Assembly (NCBI GenBank): GCA_026986785.1
Contig: JALSNW010000031.1
Location: 24,223 to 88,222 of the forward strand
DNA from: Deltaproteobacteria bacterium
GTDB lineage: Bacteria > Desulfobacterota > Dissulfuribacteria > Dissulfuribacterales > QOAL01
Reading direction: 5' to 3'
Length of the DNA: 64,000 bases
Shown here: one piece after another, positions 8,170 to 17,451 of the stretch
Position numbering within the stretch: position 1 is the first letter of the stretch
Layout: each line of letters begins with the position of its first letter
Program-made: the position numbers and the translations under genes
Notes under the pieces: generated by a model
Database searches by the model: none
Told to the model about the DNA's origin: nothing
The model's input: the letters and a program-made list of their open reading frames with translations, nothing else

Positions 8170-10320
8170 TCATTGTTTCCAGGTTGGAAACAGTTTGTTT
8201 ATTACATTCAATATGTTTTGCAAGCGAAAGGGCTTGGAAATAACTTCATCTATACACTTGCCTGAAAGGTCCTTGCCTTCATAACCTGCCCCCCATCCAG
8301 TCATGAGGACTACAGGTATGTCCTGGTTTTTCTCCTTTACGGCCTTGGCTATTTCCCATCCGCTTATTCCAGGCATGCCGAGATCTGTTAATACGAGATC
8401 GAAATCTTCATCTTTTATGATATCCAATGCCTGTTCCGAAACACTGCATGCTATGACTTCATGGCCTACTTCCTTTAACATGAGCTTGATGAGATCAACG
8501 ATCTGTGGTTCGTCATCGATTACCAGGATCTTTAGGTTCCGGGTCCCTGAAATCTCTGGCCCTTCTTCTTGTTCCAATGTCTCCTCCTCGACTTGGGATT
8601 GACAGGGAAGAATTATGCTGAACGTGGTGCCAAGGCCTTTTTCAGATTCTACCTCTATTTTCCCTCCAGCATTTGTAACTAGACCATAGACAATACTGAG
8701 GCCAAGTCCAGAGCTGCCCACATCCTTGGTGGTGAAGTATGGGTCGAAGATATGTTTCTTCGTGTCAGGATCCATGCCAGTGCCAGTGTCAGAGACATCG
8801 ATTACGGCCTTGGAATCCATCAGATAGGTTTTGATTTTGATCTTACCGCCTTTGGGCATCGCATCAACGGCATTGAGGATGAGGTTGGTAAGGATCTCCC
8901 TCAATTCATAGCCGGGCATGTCTATGATCAAGGAGGAATCGAGTTCCGTTTCTATCTCTACGAGGCATCCCTTTTTCTGGCAGCTATCCTTCCACATGGG
9001 TTTTGTAAGCTCGACTGCCTCCATCACTATGTCGGCGATACAGGTTGTCTGTTTGGTATCGGTCTTGGGGGAAGAGGTTTGGCGCACGAAACCCTGTAAT
9101 CGTTTTATTGTCTTCGCCCCATCCTGTACACATAGTTCTATGTTTTTGAGGCGTTTGGCATAGGGGGTATTGTCAAGCTCCAGTTGTAATAGCTCGACAT
9201 TGCCGAGTATGGCCATTAGCAGGTTGTTGAAATCGTGGGCAATGCCTGCAGCCATGGAACCAAGTGCCCTGAGTTTTTCTTCCCTGATCTTTCGTTCAGA
9301 GTCTTCATGCTGGTCCGAGATGTCATGGATGACGATTATACCACCTTGCTTTTGGTCATTTTTATCTATTATAGGATGGAAAAATATATCTGCCAGAAAA
9401 GTGGTGCCATCCTGTCTCAGAAGCCTTACACCGTGGAGTTTGGCAAGGTGTTTCGTCTTTATTGCCTTTGAAATGGAAAGAAAGGCAGTGGTATCGAAAA
9501 AGAACCTGCCCAGGCCTTCCTTGATGATATCTTCTTCATTACACTTGAGGAGCTTTTTGAAACCACGGTTTATCTTTCTTATTTCGCCTGATGCATCTGT
9601 CAGGCAGATTCCCTGGGGAGCACTATCTATTGCAGCCTCGAGGTATTCTATGTTTTGGCCCTTTTCCCCTTCCTGTTGTGTCAGTGCCCTGGTATTTGCC
9701 TCAACGATATTTTGTATGTGGTAATGGCTGTTGTTCAGGAGTTCGTGATATTCTTTTTCTTGGATGATATGTCCCATCACCTGGGTAATGATGATGAGAT
9801 TTCTTTTCAGGTGGTTGGAAAAGGGGCGTTTTTTTGTGGAACTCAGATTGAGAACGCCCTTTGAGGAGATGGGCAGGCAGGCCATGGAGGCGGGGATGAA
9901 TTTGGCGTTTTCCACCTCTGGAATCTTGTCTTTGGCACTATCTTCAATGAACAGGGGCTGTTGTGAATCAAAGACAGCCCAGGCTATGCTTTCCCCCCTT
10001 TTGAAATAGAGGTCCTTGTTGTACTCAATCTTTTTCTTGGTCTCCATCAGGACCTGGCTGAGCCCTTTTGCTGCCACCAATCTGAGGACTTCTCTCTGGG
10101 GGTCATAGAGTAGCAGGGAGATGTTTTCGAAGGGGGTCTCTTCGGCCAGAATATCAACGATGATGCTACAAAGATCCTCGCTGGAGTGGGCACTTGGACT
10201 GAGTTCTATCAGTCGAAGTACGATACCGAGGGCCTCCATGTGCCTCATGCGATCCTTTTCGAGCTCTAAGACGGTTTTTTTTATCCTGGCCAGATCCATA
10301 TGTCCTGATTCGAGATTCAT
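8170..10320 (-). CDS. Cytoplasmic hybrid sensor histidine kinase (GAF-PAS-HisKA-HATPase-REC)
   Basis: AHDFNN H-box, NAVDAM N-box, DTGTGM, FTTK and GLGL motifs, and a C-terminal receiver (DDE, TDLGMP, KPF). Confidence 0.93.
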   Translation of the reverse strand: MNLESGHMDLARIKKTVLELEKDRMRHMEALGIVLRLIELSPSAHSSEDLCSIIVDILAEETPFENISLLLYDPQREVLRLVAAKGLSQVLMETKKKIEYNKDLYFKRGESIAWAVFDSQQPLFIEDSAKDKIPEVENAKFIPASMACLPISSKGVLNLSSTKKRPFSNHLKRNLIIITQVMGHIIQEKEYHELLNNSHYHIQNIVEANTRALTQQEGEKGQNIEYLEAAIDSAPQGICLTDASGEIRKINRGFKKLLKCNEEDIIKEGLGRFFFDTTAFLSISKAIKTKHLAKLHGVRLLRQDGTTFLADIFFHPIIDKNDQKQGGIIVIHDISDQHEDSERKIREEKLRALGSMAAGIAHDFNNLLMAILGNVELLQLELDNTPYAKRLKNIELCVQDGAKTIKRLQGFVRQTSSPKTDTKQTTCIADIVMEAVELTKPMWKDSCQKKGCLVEIETELDSSLIIDMPGYELREILTNLILNAVDAMPKGGKIKIKTYLMDSKAVIDVSDTGTGMDPDTKKHIFDPYFTTKDVGSSGLGLSIVYGLVTNAGGKIEVESEKGLGTTFSIILPCQSQVEEETLEQEEGPEISGTRNLKILVIDDEPQIVDLIKLMLKEVGHEVIACSVSEQALDIIKDEDFDLVLTDLGMPGISGWEIAKAVKEKNQDIPVVLMTGWGAGYEGKDLSGKCIDEVISKPFRLQNILNVINKLFPTWKQ

Positions 10321-10341
10321 GCCTACTTAGAAGCCATTTTC

Positions 10342-11229
10342 TTACTGCGTTCCAACGAGCACAGAGGCTATCTGGCATACCTCTTCCTTCAATTCCTCTG
10401 CCTTTTCCGTGAGGATATCCAATCTGTCAAAGTCTATACCTGCCAGTGCCATGACCCGTGGATTTGGAAGGTCTACCTTCGCCCCCCTCTTTTCAGTTTC
10501 CTCCAATGTCCTGGCAATGAATGCGCCAATCTGCACGAGTGCACACTCCCGTGCGTACCTTGTCGATGAAAATGGTTCGTGATGGTACTTGAGAGCTGCC
10601 TTCAATTTTTCCGAAAAGCCCCACTTTATGGCGAGCCAGCCCCCTATCTCTGTGTGAGATAGGCCATAGGCTTCCTCAGCCTTACTAATGGGCATATCTT
10701 TTTTCCTGCTTAAAAGGGCGATGCTATTGAATCTGTCAGGCATGGTGGCAGCAGTAGCCAAGCGCCCGAGATCATGGAGAAGGCCCATGAGATAGATATC
10801 TTCGTCCTGGATCCATTCGTGGTCCTTTGCCAGTTCCTTGCAGCAAAAAGAGGTCAGGAGGTTGTGGGTCCAAAACGTATAGAACGAAAACCCCTTTGGC
10901 AGGAGTTTTGGCTTGAATTGGTTTACCAGGCATATGGCCAGGCAAAGGTTTCTCACTTCCTTAATGCCAATGACCATTACGGCACGCTCCAGGTCCACTA
11001 TAGACCTCCTGAAACCATAATAGGCGCTATTTGCTATCTTCAGAAGCTGGGATGTGAGGGCGGCATCCGATTTGATGGTGGCACTGATGTCGGTAAAGGT
11101 AGTGTTTTTGTCTGTGACCGATGCCAGGAGCCTGGCCACGATAGGACTTGGAGCAGGCAGATATTCCAACTCCGCTATCTTGCCTTGTGCCTCTTCTACG
11201 ATTACGGTATTTTCCATAGTTTTTACCAT
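10342..11229 (-). CDS. HDOD domain protein
   Basis: LLKIANSAYYG, GLLHDLGR, H-x-EIG-x-LA-x-W and YHHEP motifs. Confidence 0.92.
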   Translation of the reverse strand: MVKTMENTVIVEEAQGKIAELEYLPAPSPIVARLLASVTDKNTTFTDISATIKSDAALTSQLLKIANSAYYGFRRSIVDLERAVMVIGIKEVRNLCLAICLVNQFKPKLLPKGFSFYTFWTHNLLTSFCCKELAKDHEWIQDEDIYLMGLLHDLGRLATAATMPDRFNSIALLSRKKDMPISKAEEAYGLSHTEIGGWLAIKWGFSEKLKAALKYHHEPFSSTRYARECALVQIGAFIARTLEETEKRGAKVDLPNPRVMALAGIDFDRLDILTEKAEELKEEVCQIASVLVGTQ

Positions 11230-11251
11230 TTGGGTCTCATCTCTTGTATCT

Positions 11252-11280
11252 ATATCGGCGGATAAAAGAGAAGGTCTTTA
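11252..11280 (-). promoter_or_regulatory. Putative sigma28 (FliA) promoter for the HDOD-kinase pair
   Basis: Minus strand TAAA-N17-GCCGATAT, 22 nt upstream of the ATG. The spacing is slightly long. Confidence 0.5.
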
Positions 11281-11307
11281 ATTATTTTTCAAAAAGTTGG
11301 AGAAGGA

Positions 11308-13056
11308 TCAGTTGTCCTGTTGAATAGCCTGATTGGAGACAAGGACCAGGGGCCTCAATAAAGGTGAATCTTGCCTGTACACAAAGGGAAAGCTTATTCC
11401 TTTTTTGGGGAGCCTTGTGAAATCCTTTTCCCTGAGGATCAAAAAGAGTCTTTCCCCTGCCTCTGTCTTTTCCAAAAATTCAGCCAGATGGAGCCTTGGG
11501 ATCCTTCTGTGGAGGTAAAAGGTGCATTCCTCATCCCAAAAGCCCAGATAGAATAGGGGATTGGAATCAACTATCTTGGCTACGTTGTGGCAAAAAGGTC
11601 TGGCATCTTTGTGCTTGTAGAGCGCTGGGATGAGGACAAGGCTTGATAGGAGAAAGACACAGCACATGTGCAAGGCGTAGGGGAGGACGATGTTTTCCAC
11701 CTCATGGCCATCATTACCCTTCATGTAGAAAAATAGACCTGAGAACCCTATAATCAAAAGGGCCAGAAAGGCTGGCAGGTACTTGGGTAGGCTATATAAG
11801 AAGAACAACATGCTATTGGACACGGGTATATCCTTCAAGAAGGTATTCCATGTCGTAGGCGCCAAGAAGACAACCACCGAGGCAGAAAGCGAAAGGCAAA
11901 GCCCTGTAAGAATCAGGATCGTAAACGTGAGGAGTATGATGAGTTTTAGAGGCTTTAACCTGTCGCGGCTGTCCAGAAAGTATCTAACTGTGAGATATGA
12001 GGCGACAGGATAGACGGGAAGGATATAATCACTTCTTTTCGATAAGGCCATGGAGAAAAAGAGAAAAACAAAAAGAAGATAGATAAATGACAGTCTCGAT
12101 AACTCGTCCTTGTTCTTCCAATCTTTTATTATTTCATAGGTCCAAAATGGGGCAGCAATGCTCCAGGGGAAAAATCCTGTCAGAAAATAGATCGGGTACG
12201 AATATATCGGAGAGTGGTTGAATTCCTTGAAGGTCCCGCCAGGGATGAGGTTGGTGAAGCGTGACAGGTTTTCTTCAAGGATAAATCTGTGGAAAAACCT
12301 GAAATCCGTCTCTATGCTTGCAGTCACGAACCAAGGTATGGTCATGAGAAGAAAGAGGAGCATACCTTTTCCCAAAAAGATATGTCTGATTAGCCTCCAC
12401 CTCTTTTCAATGGCCAGGTAAAGAAATACCGGTATGAAGACAATGATTGCCCCTACCGGCCCCTTTAGCATCACTGCCACCCCTGCTGAGATGAAAAATG
12501 CCCAAGGGATCTTTTGGGGATTCTCGGTCCTTTCGCCTTGGCTGTCCATGATGGCCTTGTATGCTGCCCACAGGCCAAAGAAAGAGGCAGCGGTGAAGCT
12601 CATGTCTATCCTGGCCATTTGAGACATCCAGAATACCTTTATGCCAGAGATGAAAATAAAACCACTCAGGGCAGCAGCCATCCAATACTCTCCATGATAG
12701 GGGAGTCTAAAGAACAGATAGATGATGAGGCAGGCGGAGATCAGGGAGGGCAACCTTGCTGCAAGCTCCCAGTTAGGACATACCCGCGAGATGAGCGCAA
12801 TGGTCCAGTAGAAAAGGGGAGGCTTGTCCAGGTCTTCCTGGCCATTTAGGTGGTTGATGAGTATGGATGCCCCCTCGATGAATTCTCTTGCTATTTCGGC
12901 AGACTCTGCCTCGAGGGTCTCTGTGAGTCCCCTGGTGGATGCGAGATAGAGGCTTGCTGAAAATATCAGGAGGATGGAACACAATAGGGCAAAGACATGG
13001 GGTCTTGATAACCCAAGGGGGAGTATTTGGGGGTTGTCGAACATCTTGTGATACAA
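11308..13056 (-). CDS. ArnT/PMT-family (GT-C) glycosyltransferase
   Basis: DKPPLFYW, ARLPS, ARIDM, KGPVG, PWF and KRSDYILP motifs with many TM helices. Confidence 0.88.
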   Translation of the reverse strand: MYHKMFDNPQILPLGLSRPHVFALLCSILLIFSASLYLASTRGLTETLEAESAEIAREFIEGASILINHLNGQEDLDKPPLFYWTIALISRVCPNWELAARLPSLISACLIIYLFFRLPYHGEYWMAAALSGFIFISGIKVFWMSQMARIDMSFTAASFFGLWAAYKAIMDSQGERTENPQKIPWAFFISAGVAVMLKGPVGAIIVFIPVFLYLAIEKRWRLIRHIFLGKGMLLFLLMTIPWFVTASIETDFRFFHRFILEENLSRFTNLIPGGTFKEFNHSPIYSYPIYFLTGFFPWSIAAPFWTYEIIKDWKNKDELSRLSFIYLLFVFLFFSMALSKRSDYILPVYPVASYLTVRYFLDSRDRLKPLKLIILLTFTILILTGLCLSLSASVVVFLAPTTWNTFLKDIPVSNSMLFFLYSLPKYLPAFLALLIIGFSGLFFYMKGNDGHEVENIVLPYALHMCCVFLLSSLVLIPALYKHKDARPFCHNVAKIVDSNPLFYLGFWDEECTFYLHRRIPRLHLAEFLEKTEAGERLFLILREKDFTRLPKKGISFPFVYRQDSPLLRPLVLVSNQAIQQDN

Positions 13057-13061
13057 AGTTC

Positions 13062-14264
13062 TCAGCCCTCTTCGAATAGGTGAAGGATTGCCTTGGGTTC
13101 AAATTCCAAGGCCTGCATGGCAGGATATAATCCAGATACTATGCCAATCAACATGGAAAGTAGTATGGAGACAAAGGCCGTTTTCCAGGGGAGGAAAAAT
13201 GGCCACCTTGCCAAGAACTGTACTGTAAGGGCCAATAAGACAGAGATAACGATTCCTGCTCCAGAGCCCACTATGCTCAGTATCATGGATTCAGTCAAAA
13301 ACTGGAGGAAGATGTCTTTCTTCCTGGCCCCTGTCACCCTTTTTATGGCTATTTCCAGTATCCTTTCATAGATGGACAGGGCCATTATGGCAAGTATGCC
13401 CAGTGTGCCAACACTGAATGCTATGGATGCCACCACTCGGCTGAGAACTGAAAAGAGGTGGAGTGTCTTTGAGGTGGTACTTTGAAGTTCCTGGTAAGTG
13501 CTTACAGTAAAGTCTTTCTTTCCATGCCTCTTCAGTAGTAGTTTTTGGATATCGCCCATGGTTTTTTGCAAGACTCCTCGGTCCCTGGCAACTATTACCG
13601 CACCATCCAGGTAATCTACATTTTCCAAGACCTTCATGTGGGTAGTAAGGGGGACAAGGATTACTTCATCAAAGTCTTCGTTGCTAAAACTGCCCCTTTT
13701 TGCCATCACCCCAGCTACTCGAAAGGGCATGCCAGAAAGATAGATTGTTTGCCCCACTGGATTGCCCCTGAAAAATTCATCGGCAACCTTGGCACCTATC
13801 AGTGCGATCTTTGAAAAGGTTTCCAGATCTCTTTGGAAAATGGTGCGTCCAGAGCTCAAACTATAGTCAAGAATGGTACTGTAGTCTGGTTCTACTCCTT
13901 TGACCACGAGGGTTGAAGAATTTATGACCGTCTGCACTGGAACACCTTTCTGTTTGAAGGCGCTGACATCTTTCACCAATAAGATCTTTCTGATGGCCTC
14001 TATGTCAGATGGCTTGAGGGTCGTATATTTTGACAGGCGAATTCTCCTATGTCCTATAGACCTTATCTCGCCTGGTAGGAGCATGATGAGGCTGCCCCCC
14101 ATCCTACCAAGCTCGGATTCTATCTTCCGACTCATTGCACCACTGATGCTGTCCATGAGGACGAGGGAGAGGACACCAATGGCTATGCCAAGCATGGCGA
14201 TCAGTATCCTTTTCTTCTCATGGCGAAAATAGGCCAGGAGTTCGTTGAGTACAAGGGCTCTCAT
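13062..14264 (-). CDS. MacB/FtsX-type ABC permease
   Basis: N-terminal TM, periplasmic domain, ERILEIAIKRVTGA...QFLTE and GLYPA. Confidence 0.9.
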   Translation of the reverse strand: MRALVLNELLAYFRHEKKRILIAMLGIAIGVLSLVLMDSISGAMSRKIESELGRMGGSLIMLLPGEIRSIGHRRIRLSKYTTLKPSDIEAIRKILLVKDVSAFKQKGVPVQTVINSSTLVVKGVEPDYSTILDYSLSSGRTIFQRDLETFSKIALIGAKVADEFFRGNPVGQTIYLSGMPFRVAGVMAKRGSFSNEDFDEVILVPLTTHMKVLENVDYLDGAVIVARDRGVLQKTMGDIQKLLLKRHGKKDFTVSTYQELQSTTSKTLHLFSVLSRVVASIAFSVGTLGILAIMALSIYERILEIAIKRVTGARKKDIFLQFLTESMILSIVGSGAGIVISVLLALTVQFLARWPFFLPWKTAFVSILLSMLIGIVSGLYPAMQALEFEPKAILHLFEEG

Positions 14265-14282
14265 CTCTTTTTGCCTCTCTTA

Positions 14283-14335
14283 TGTTGAAGACATGGGCCG
14301 GGATATGAACCAACGTTTGAAGTGCATGATCCGGG
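14283..14335 (-). repeat. Terminal unit(s) of the MITE-like family inside the exporter operon
   Basis: Minus strand reads CCCGGATCATGCACTTCAAACG directly after the upstream permease TAA. A second degenerate unit follows. Confidence 0.65.
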
Positions 14336-14336
14336 A

Positions 14337-15548
14337 TTATAGCCTGGATTTCAAGGCGTGAACCATGTTCAGATATGCTGCTGATCTTGCAGGCATCCAT
14401 ACGGAGATGAGCCCTGTTGCCGAGGAGAAACATATAGCAAGGAAGAGGGATTTCATTGGAAACACCGTGGGTATCTTGAGAAGAGGGGTGATCCACCAGA
14501 TAGCGAGAAAGCCAAGCAGGCTGCCCAGGACAGCACCCATTAGAGAGATGGTCAAGGCCTCTGCCATGAACTGGACTATTATGGCATCTCTTGTGGCACC
14601 AAGGGCCCTTCTGATCCCTATTTCCCAGGCCCTGACCCTGACATTTATGGCAAATATATTCGACATGACAAAACCACTTATAAACAGGGCTATAAGACTT
14701 GCAAGGCCCAGATACAGGGAAAGGGTCATATTGAAGATATTGAGAAACTTGCGCACTGTCTCAGGGGTTACTATCACATAGTCGTCCTTTTTGTGCCTTA
14801 GTGACAAGACCTCTTTGACCTGGGAAACTACATAGTCGTAATCCATGTCTTTTGCCAGCTTGAGTTTTATTGCAAATAGCCTTTTATATTCTGGTTCAAT
14901 AAATTTTCTATAGGTATTTATGGGGATGATGAGTCTATCGTCCAGACTCTTGCCACTTGGCAATTTGCCCTTGGGGGCAAAGACCCCGATTATCCTGAAA
15001 CTCGTCTTGGATATCTTTATGGTTTTGCCAACCGGGTCTGTATCTCCAAAGAAGAACCTGGACAGTTCAGTACCGATGATACATATCTTGGGAAACGATG
15101 AATATTCATCCAACCTGAAAAAGCGGCCTGTCTTGAGCCTGTAGTCGAAAACATTTAGAAAGTCCTTCATTGCAGAGACAGTGTATGCATTTCTTGCTTC
15201 TGCGCCCACAGAGATCCTTTTTTGTTTCAACATCAAGAAGGCGGCAGATCTGATCCCGTAGACCTGTTTCAGGGCCCTGAAGTCTTGGACATTCAGGCGG
15301 TAGGTCAGCCTCCTTACACTATTTTTATCCCCGAAGCCCGAGCGTACGAAGATGCTATTTGGTCCAAGGAGCTGGATTATGTTCTGGGCATTTTGATTGC
15401 TGCCCTCAATGGCAGCCACTATGAAGACCAGGGATGCAATGCCAAGGCTTATGCCGCTCAATGCAAAGAGGGTCCGGGCAAGGTTCTGCCTGAGGACCTT
15501 GAAGACCGTCAGGATGAAGAGATCCTTAGTGAGAAGTGATGCATCCAT
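14337..15548 (-). CDS. MacB/FtsX-type ABC permease
   Basis: RAWEIGIRRALGA...QFMAE and PARSAA. Confidence 0.9.
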   Translation of the reverse strand: MDASLLTKDLFILTVFKVLRQNLARTLFALSGISLGIASLVFIVAAIEGSNQNAQNIIQLLGPNSIFVRSGFGDKNSVRRLTYRLNVQDFRALKQVYGIRSAAFLMLKQKRISVGAEARNAYTVSAMKDFLNVFDYRLKTGRFFRLDEYSSFPKICIIGTELSRFFFGDTDPVGKTIKISKTSFRIIGVFAPKGKLPSGKSLDDRLIIPINTYRKFIEPEYKRLFAIKLKLAKDMDYDYVVSQVKEVLSLRHKKDDYVIVTPETVRKFLNIFNMTLSLYLGLASLIALFISGFVMSNIFAINVRVRAWEIGIRRALGATRDAIIVQFMAEALTISLMGAVLGSLLGFLAIWWITPLLKIPTVFPMKSLFLAICFSSATGLISVWMPARSAAYLNMVHALKSRL

Positions 15549-16194
15549 CCTTCAGGTATATGATCCTTCTTGCATATCTGGCCGTCTCTGGGTCGTGAGT
15601 AACAAGGATAATGGTTTTCCCCCTGCTGTTGAGCCTCGAAAGTATCTCCATGACCTGTCTCGAGCTTTTGGAATCCAATTGGCCTGTGGGTTCATCTGCC
15701 AGCACCACCTCAGGGGCATTTATAAGGCTCCTGACTATGGCTACCCTCTGTTTCTGGCCTCCAGAAAGTTCAGATGGCAGAAATCTTACTCGCTCTTCCA
15801 TGCCCACCTCCCTTAGGAGAGACAGGGCGCGTTTATTGAAATCCATAGCCTTTGAACTATAGAGACTTGGGACCAGGACGTTCTCCAGGACATTCAGATA
15901 TGGGATTAGGTAAAAGGACTGGAAAATAAAACCAAGACTCTCGTTTCTGATCTGTGAAAGGGAATCGTCGTCGAGCAAGGCAACGTCTCTGCCCTTGAAG
16001 AAATAGTTGCCCGAGGTAGGGCTGTCGAGGCAGCCTATTATATACATAAGGGTGGATTTCCCGCTTCCACTCGCCCCCATTATGGCCACAAAGTCGCCTT
16101 CTTCGATATCAAGGGTTATGTCCTTGAGGACCTGGACTTCCAGTTCACCCTGACGAAATATACGATTGATACCTCTGAGTTGTATCAGTGCCAA
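15526..16194 (-). CDS. ABC transporter ATP-binding protein (MacB/LolD type)
   Basis: GASGSGKS, LSGGQKQR, LADEPTG and VTHD. Confidence 0.95.
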   Translation of the reverse strand: MALIQLRGINRIFRQGELEVQVLKDITLDIEEGDFVAIMGASGSGKSTLMYIIGCLDSPTSGNYFFKGRDVALLDDDSLSQIRNESLGFIFQSFYLIPYLNVLENVLVPSLYSSKAMDFNKRALSLLREVGMEERVRFLPSELSGGQKQRVAIVRSLINAPEVVLADEPTGQLDSKSSRQVMEILSRLNSRGKTIILVTHDPETARYARRIIYLKDGCITSH

Positions 16195-16197
16195 GTT

Positions 16198-17451
16198 CTA
16201 CTCTTGATATAAGATTTCCTGGCCTTCTTTTATGCCAGCCTTTATCTCTGTGAATTTGCTATCGCTCGCTCCTATCTCGACAGGAACGGTCTTCTTCTTG
16301 CCGTTTATCCTGGCTATGACCACGTAGTGTCCATCCTTGAATCTTACAGCACTGTTGGGTACCATTAGTACGTCCTTTCTCGTCTTTGTGAAGATCTCGT
16401 TGTGGGTTGTCATCTGGATCCTGAGTCTTGGCTCGTTGTCGAACTCTGTAACCACAGCAATGTAGTAAACCACATTGTTTTGTAGGATTGGAGCTGGGTA
16501 AATCTGGGTTATTGTCCCCGAGTATTGATGCCTGACATAGGTATCTACCTTGAATCTGACTTTTTGTCCCACCCTAACCTTGCCAATCTCGGTTTCGTCT
16601 ATGTATATGCGGTTTTCGATCTTGGTGTCATCGAGGATCTTCACAAATTGTGGGGCGTTCAGGCCAGCCACCACGGTTTCGCCTTCTTGGGTGGACACAT
16701 ATGATATCACACCGGAAAAAGGGGCCCTCAAGGTGGAGTATGAGAACCTTATCCTTGCCCGTTCCAGGTTGGCCTGGGCGATAGCCAGGGCCTGGGGATA
16801 TTCATCCTTTAGTTTTTTCAATTCATAGGTAGCCTTTTCCACTGCAAGCTCTGAGGCCCTCAGACTGTCTTTGGCCTTTTGGAAGTTGGCCTTGCTCCTG
16901 GCATAGGCAGCCTCGGCCTTCCTGAGGGCCTTTTCAGAAGTGGAATGGGTAGATCGTGAAAAAAGTGCCTTTTGGCTATTCAGGTCCCATTTTGCAAATG
17001 AGAGCTCCTGCCTTGTTGCTTCGAGTTCTCTTTCAGCATTGATCTTTAGTGCCTTTTGTCTTTCCAGTTCCTTTTCCTGTTTCTTTATGGCATTGTCATA
17101 GGTGGCCTCTACCTTTTGCAGCTCTGCCTTGGCCTTCTCCACATCTACCTGAAGTTCCCTGTTGTCTATGACAGCAATGAGATCCCCTTTCTTGACCCTG
17201 TCACCTATCTTGATGGGTTCTTTGACAACCATACCGGTAACCCGGGCCCCAAGGCTTATTTCTGCGCCTGTACATGGTTTTATTTCCCCAGTGGCCTCGA
17301 TGGATTCGTGGATCGTCCCCTTTTTTACCACAAAGATCTCAAAGGGGCCATTTCGTGCCTTCTGTCTTTCCCTCTGCATGAAAACACCTGATATTATGGC
17401 TGCAATGCCTATGAGCACCACTGCAATAATGACATATCTTTTCTTTTTCAT
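16198..17451 (-). CDS. Periplasmic adaptor / membrane fusion protein (MacA-like)
   Basis: N-terminal anchor, lipoyl halves (GDRVKKGD; APFSG) and a long alpha-hairpin. Confidence 0.92.
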   Translation of the reverse strand: MKKKRYVIIAVVLIGIAAIISGVFMQRERQKARNGPFEIFVVKKGTIHESIEATGEIKPCTGAEISLGARVTGMVVKEPIKIGDRVKKGDLIAVIDNRELQVDVEKAKAELQKVEATYDNAIKKQEKELERQKALKINAERELEATRQELSFAKWDLNSQKALFSRSTHSTSEKALRKAEAAYARSKANFQKAKDSLRASELAVEKATYELKKLKDEYPQALAIAQANLERARIRFSYSTLRAPFSGVISYVSTQEGETVVAGLNAPQFVKILDDTKIENRIYIDETEIGKVRVGQKVRFKVDTYVRHQYSGTITQIYPAPILQNNVVYYIAVVTEFDNEPRLRIQMTTHNEIFTKTRKDVLMVPNSAVRFKDGHYVVIARINGKKKTVPVEIGASDSKFTEIKAGIKEGQEILYQE

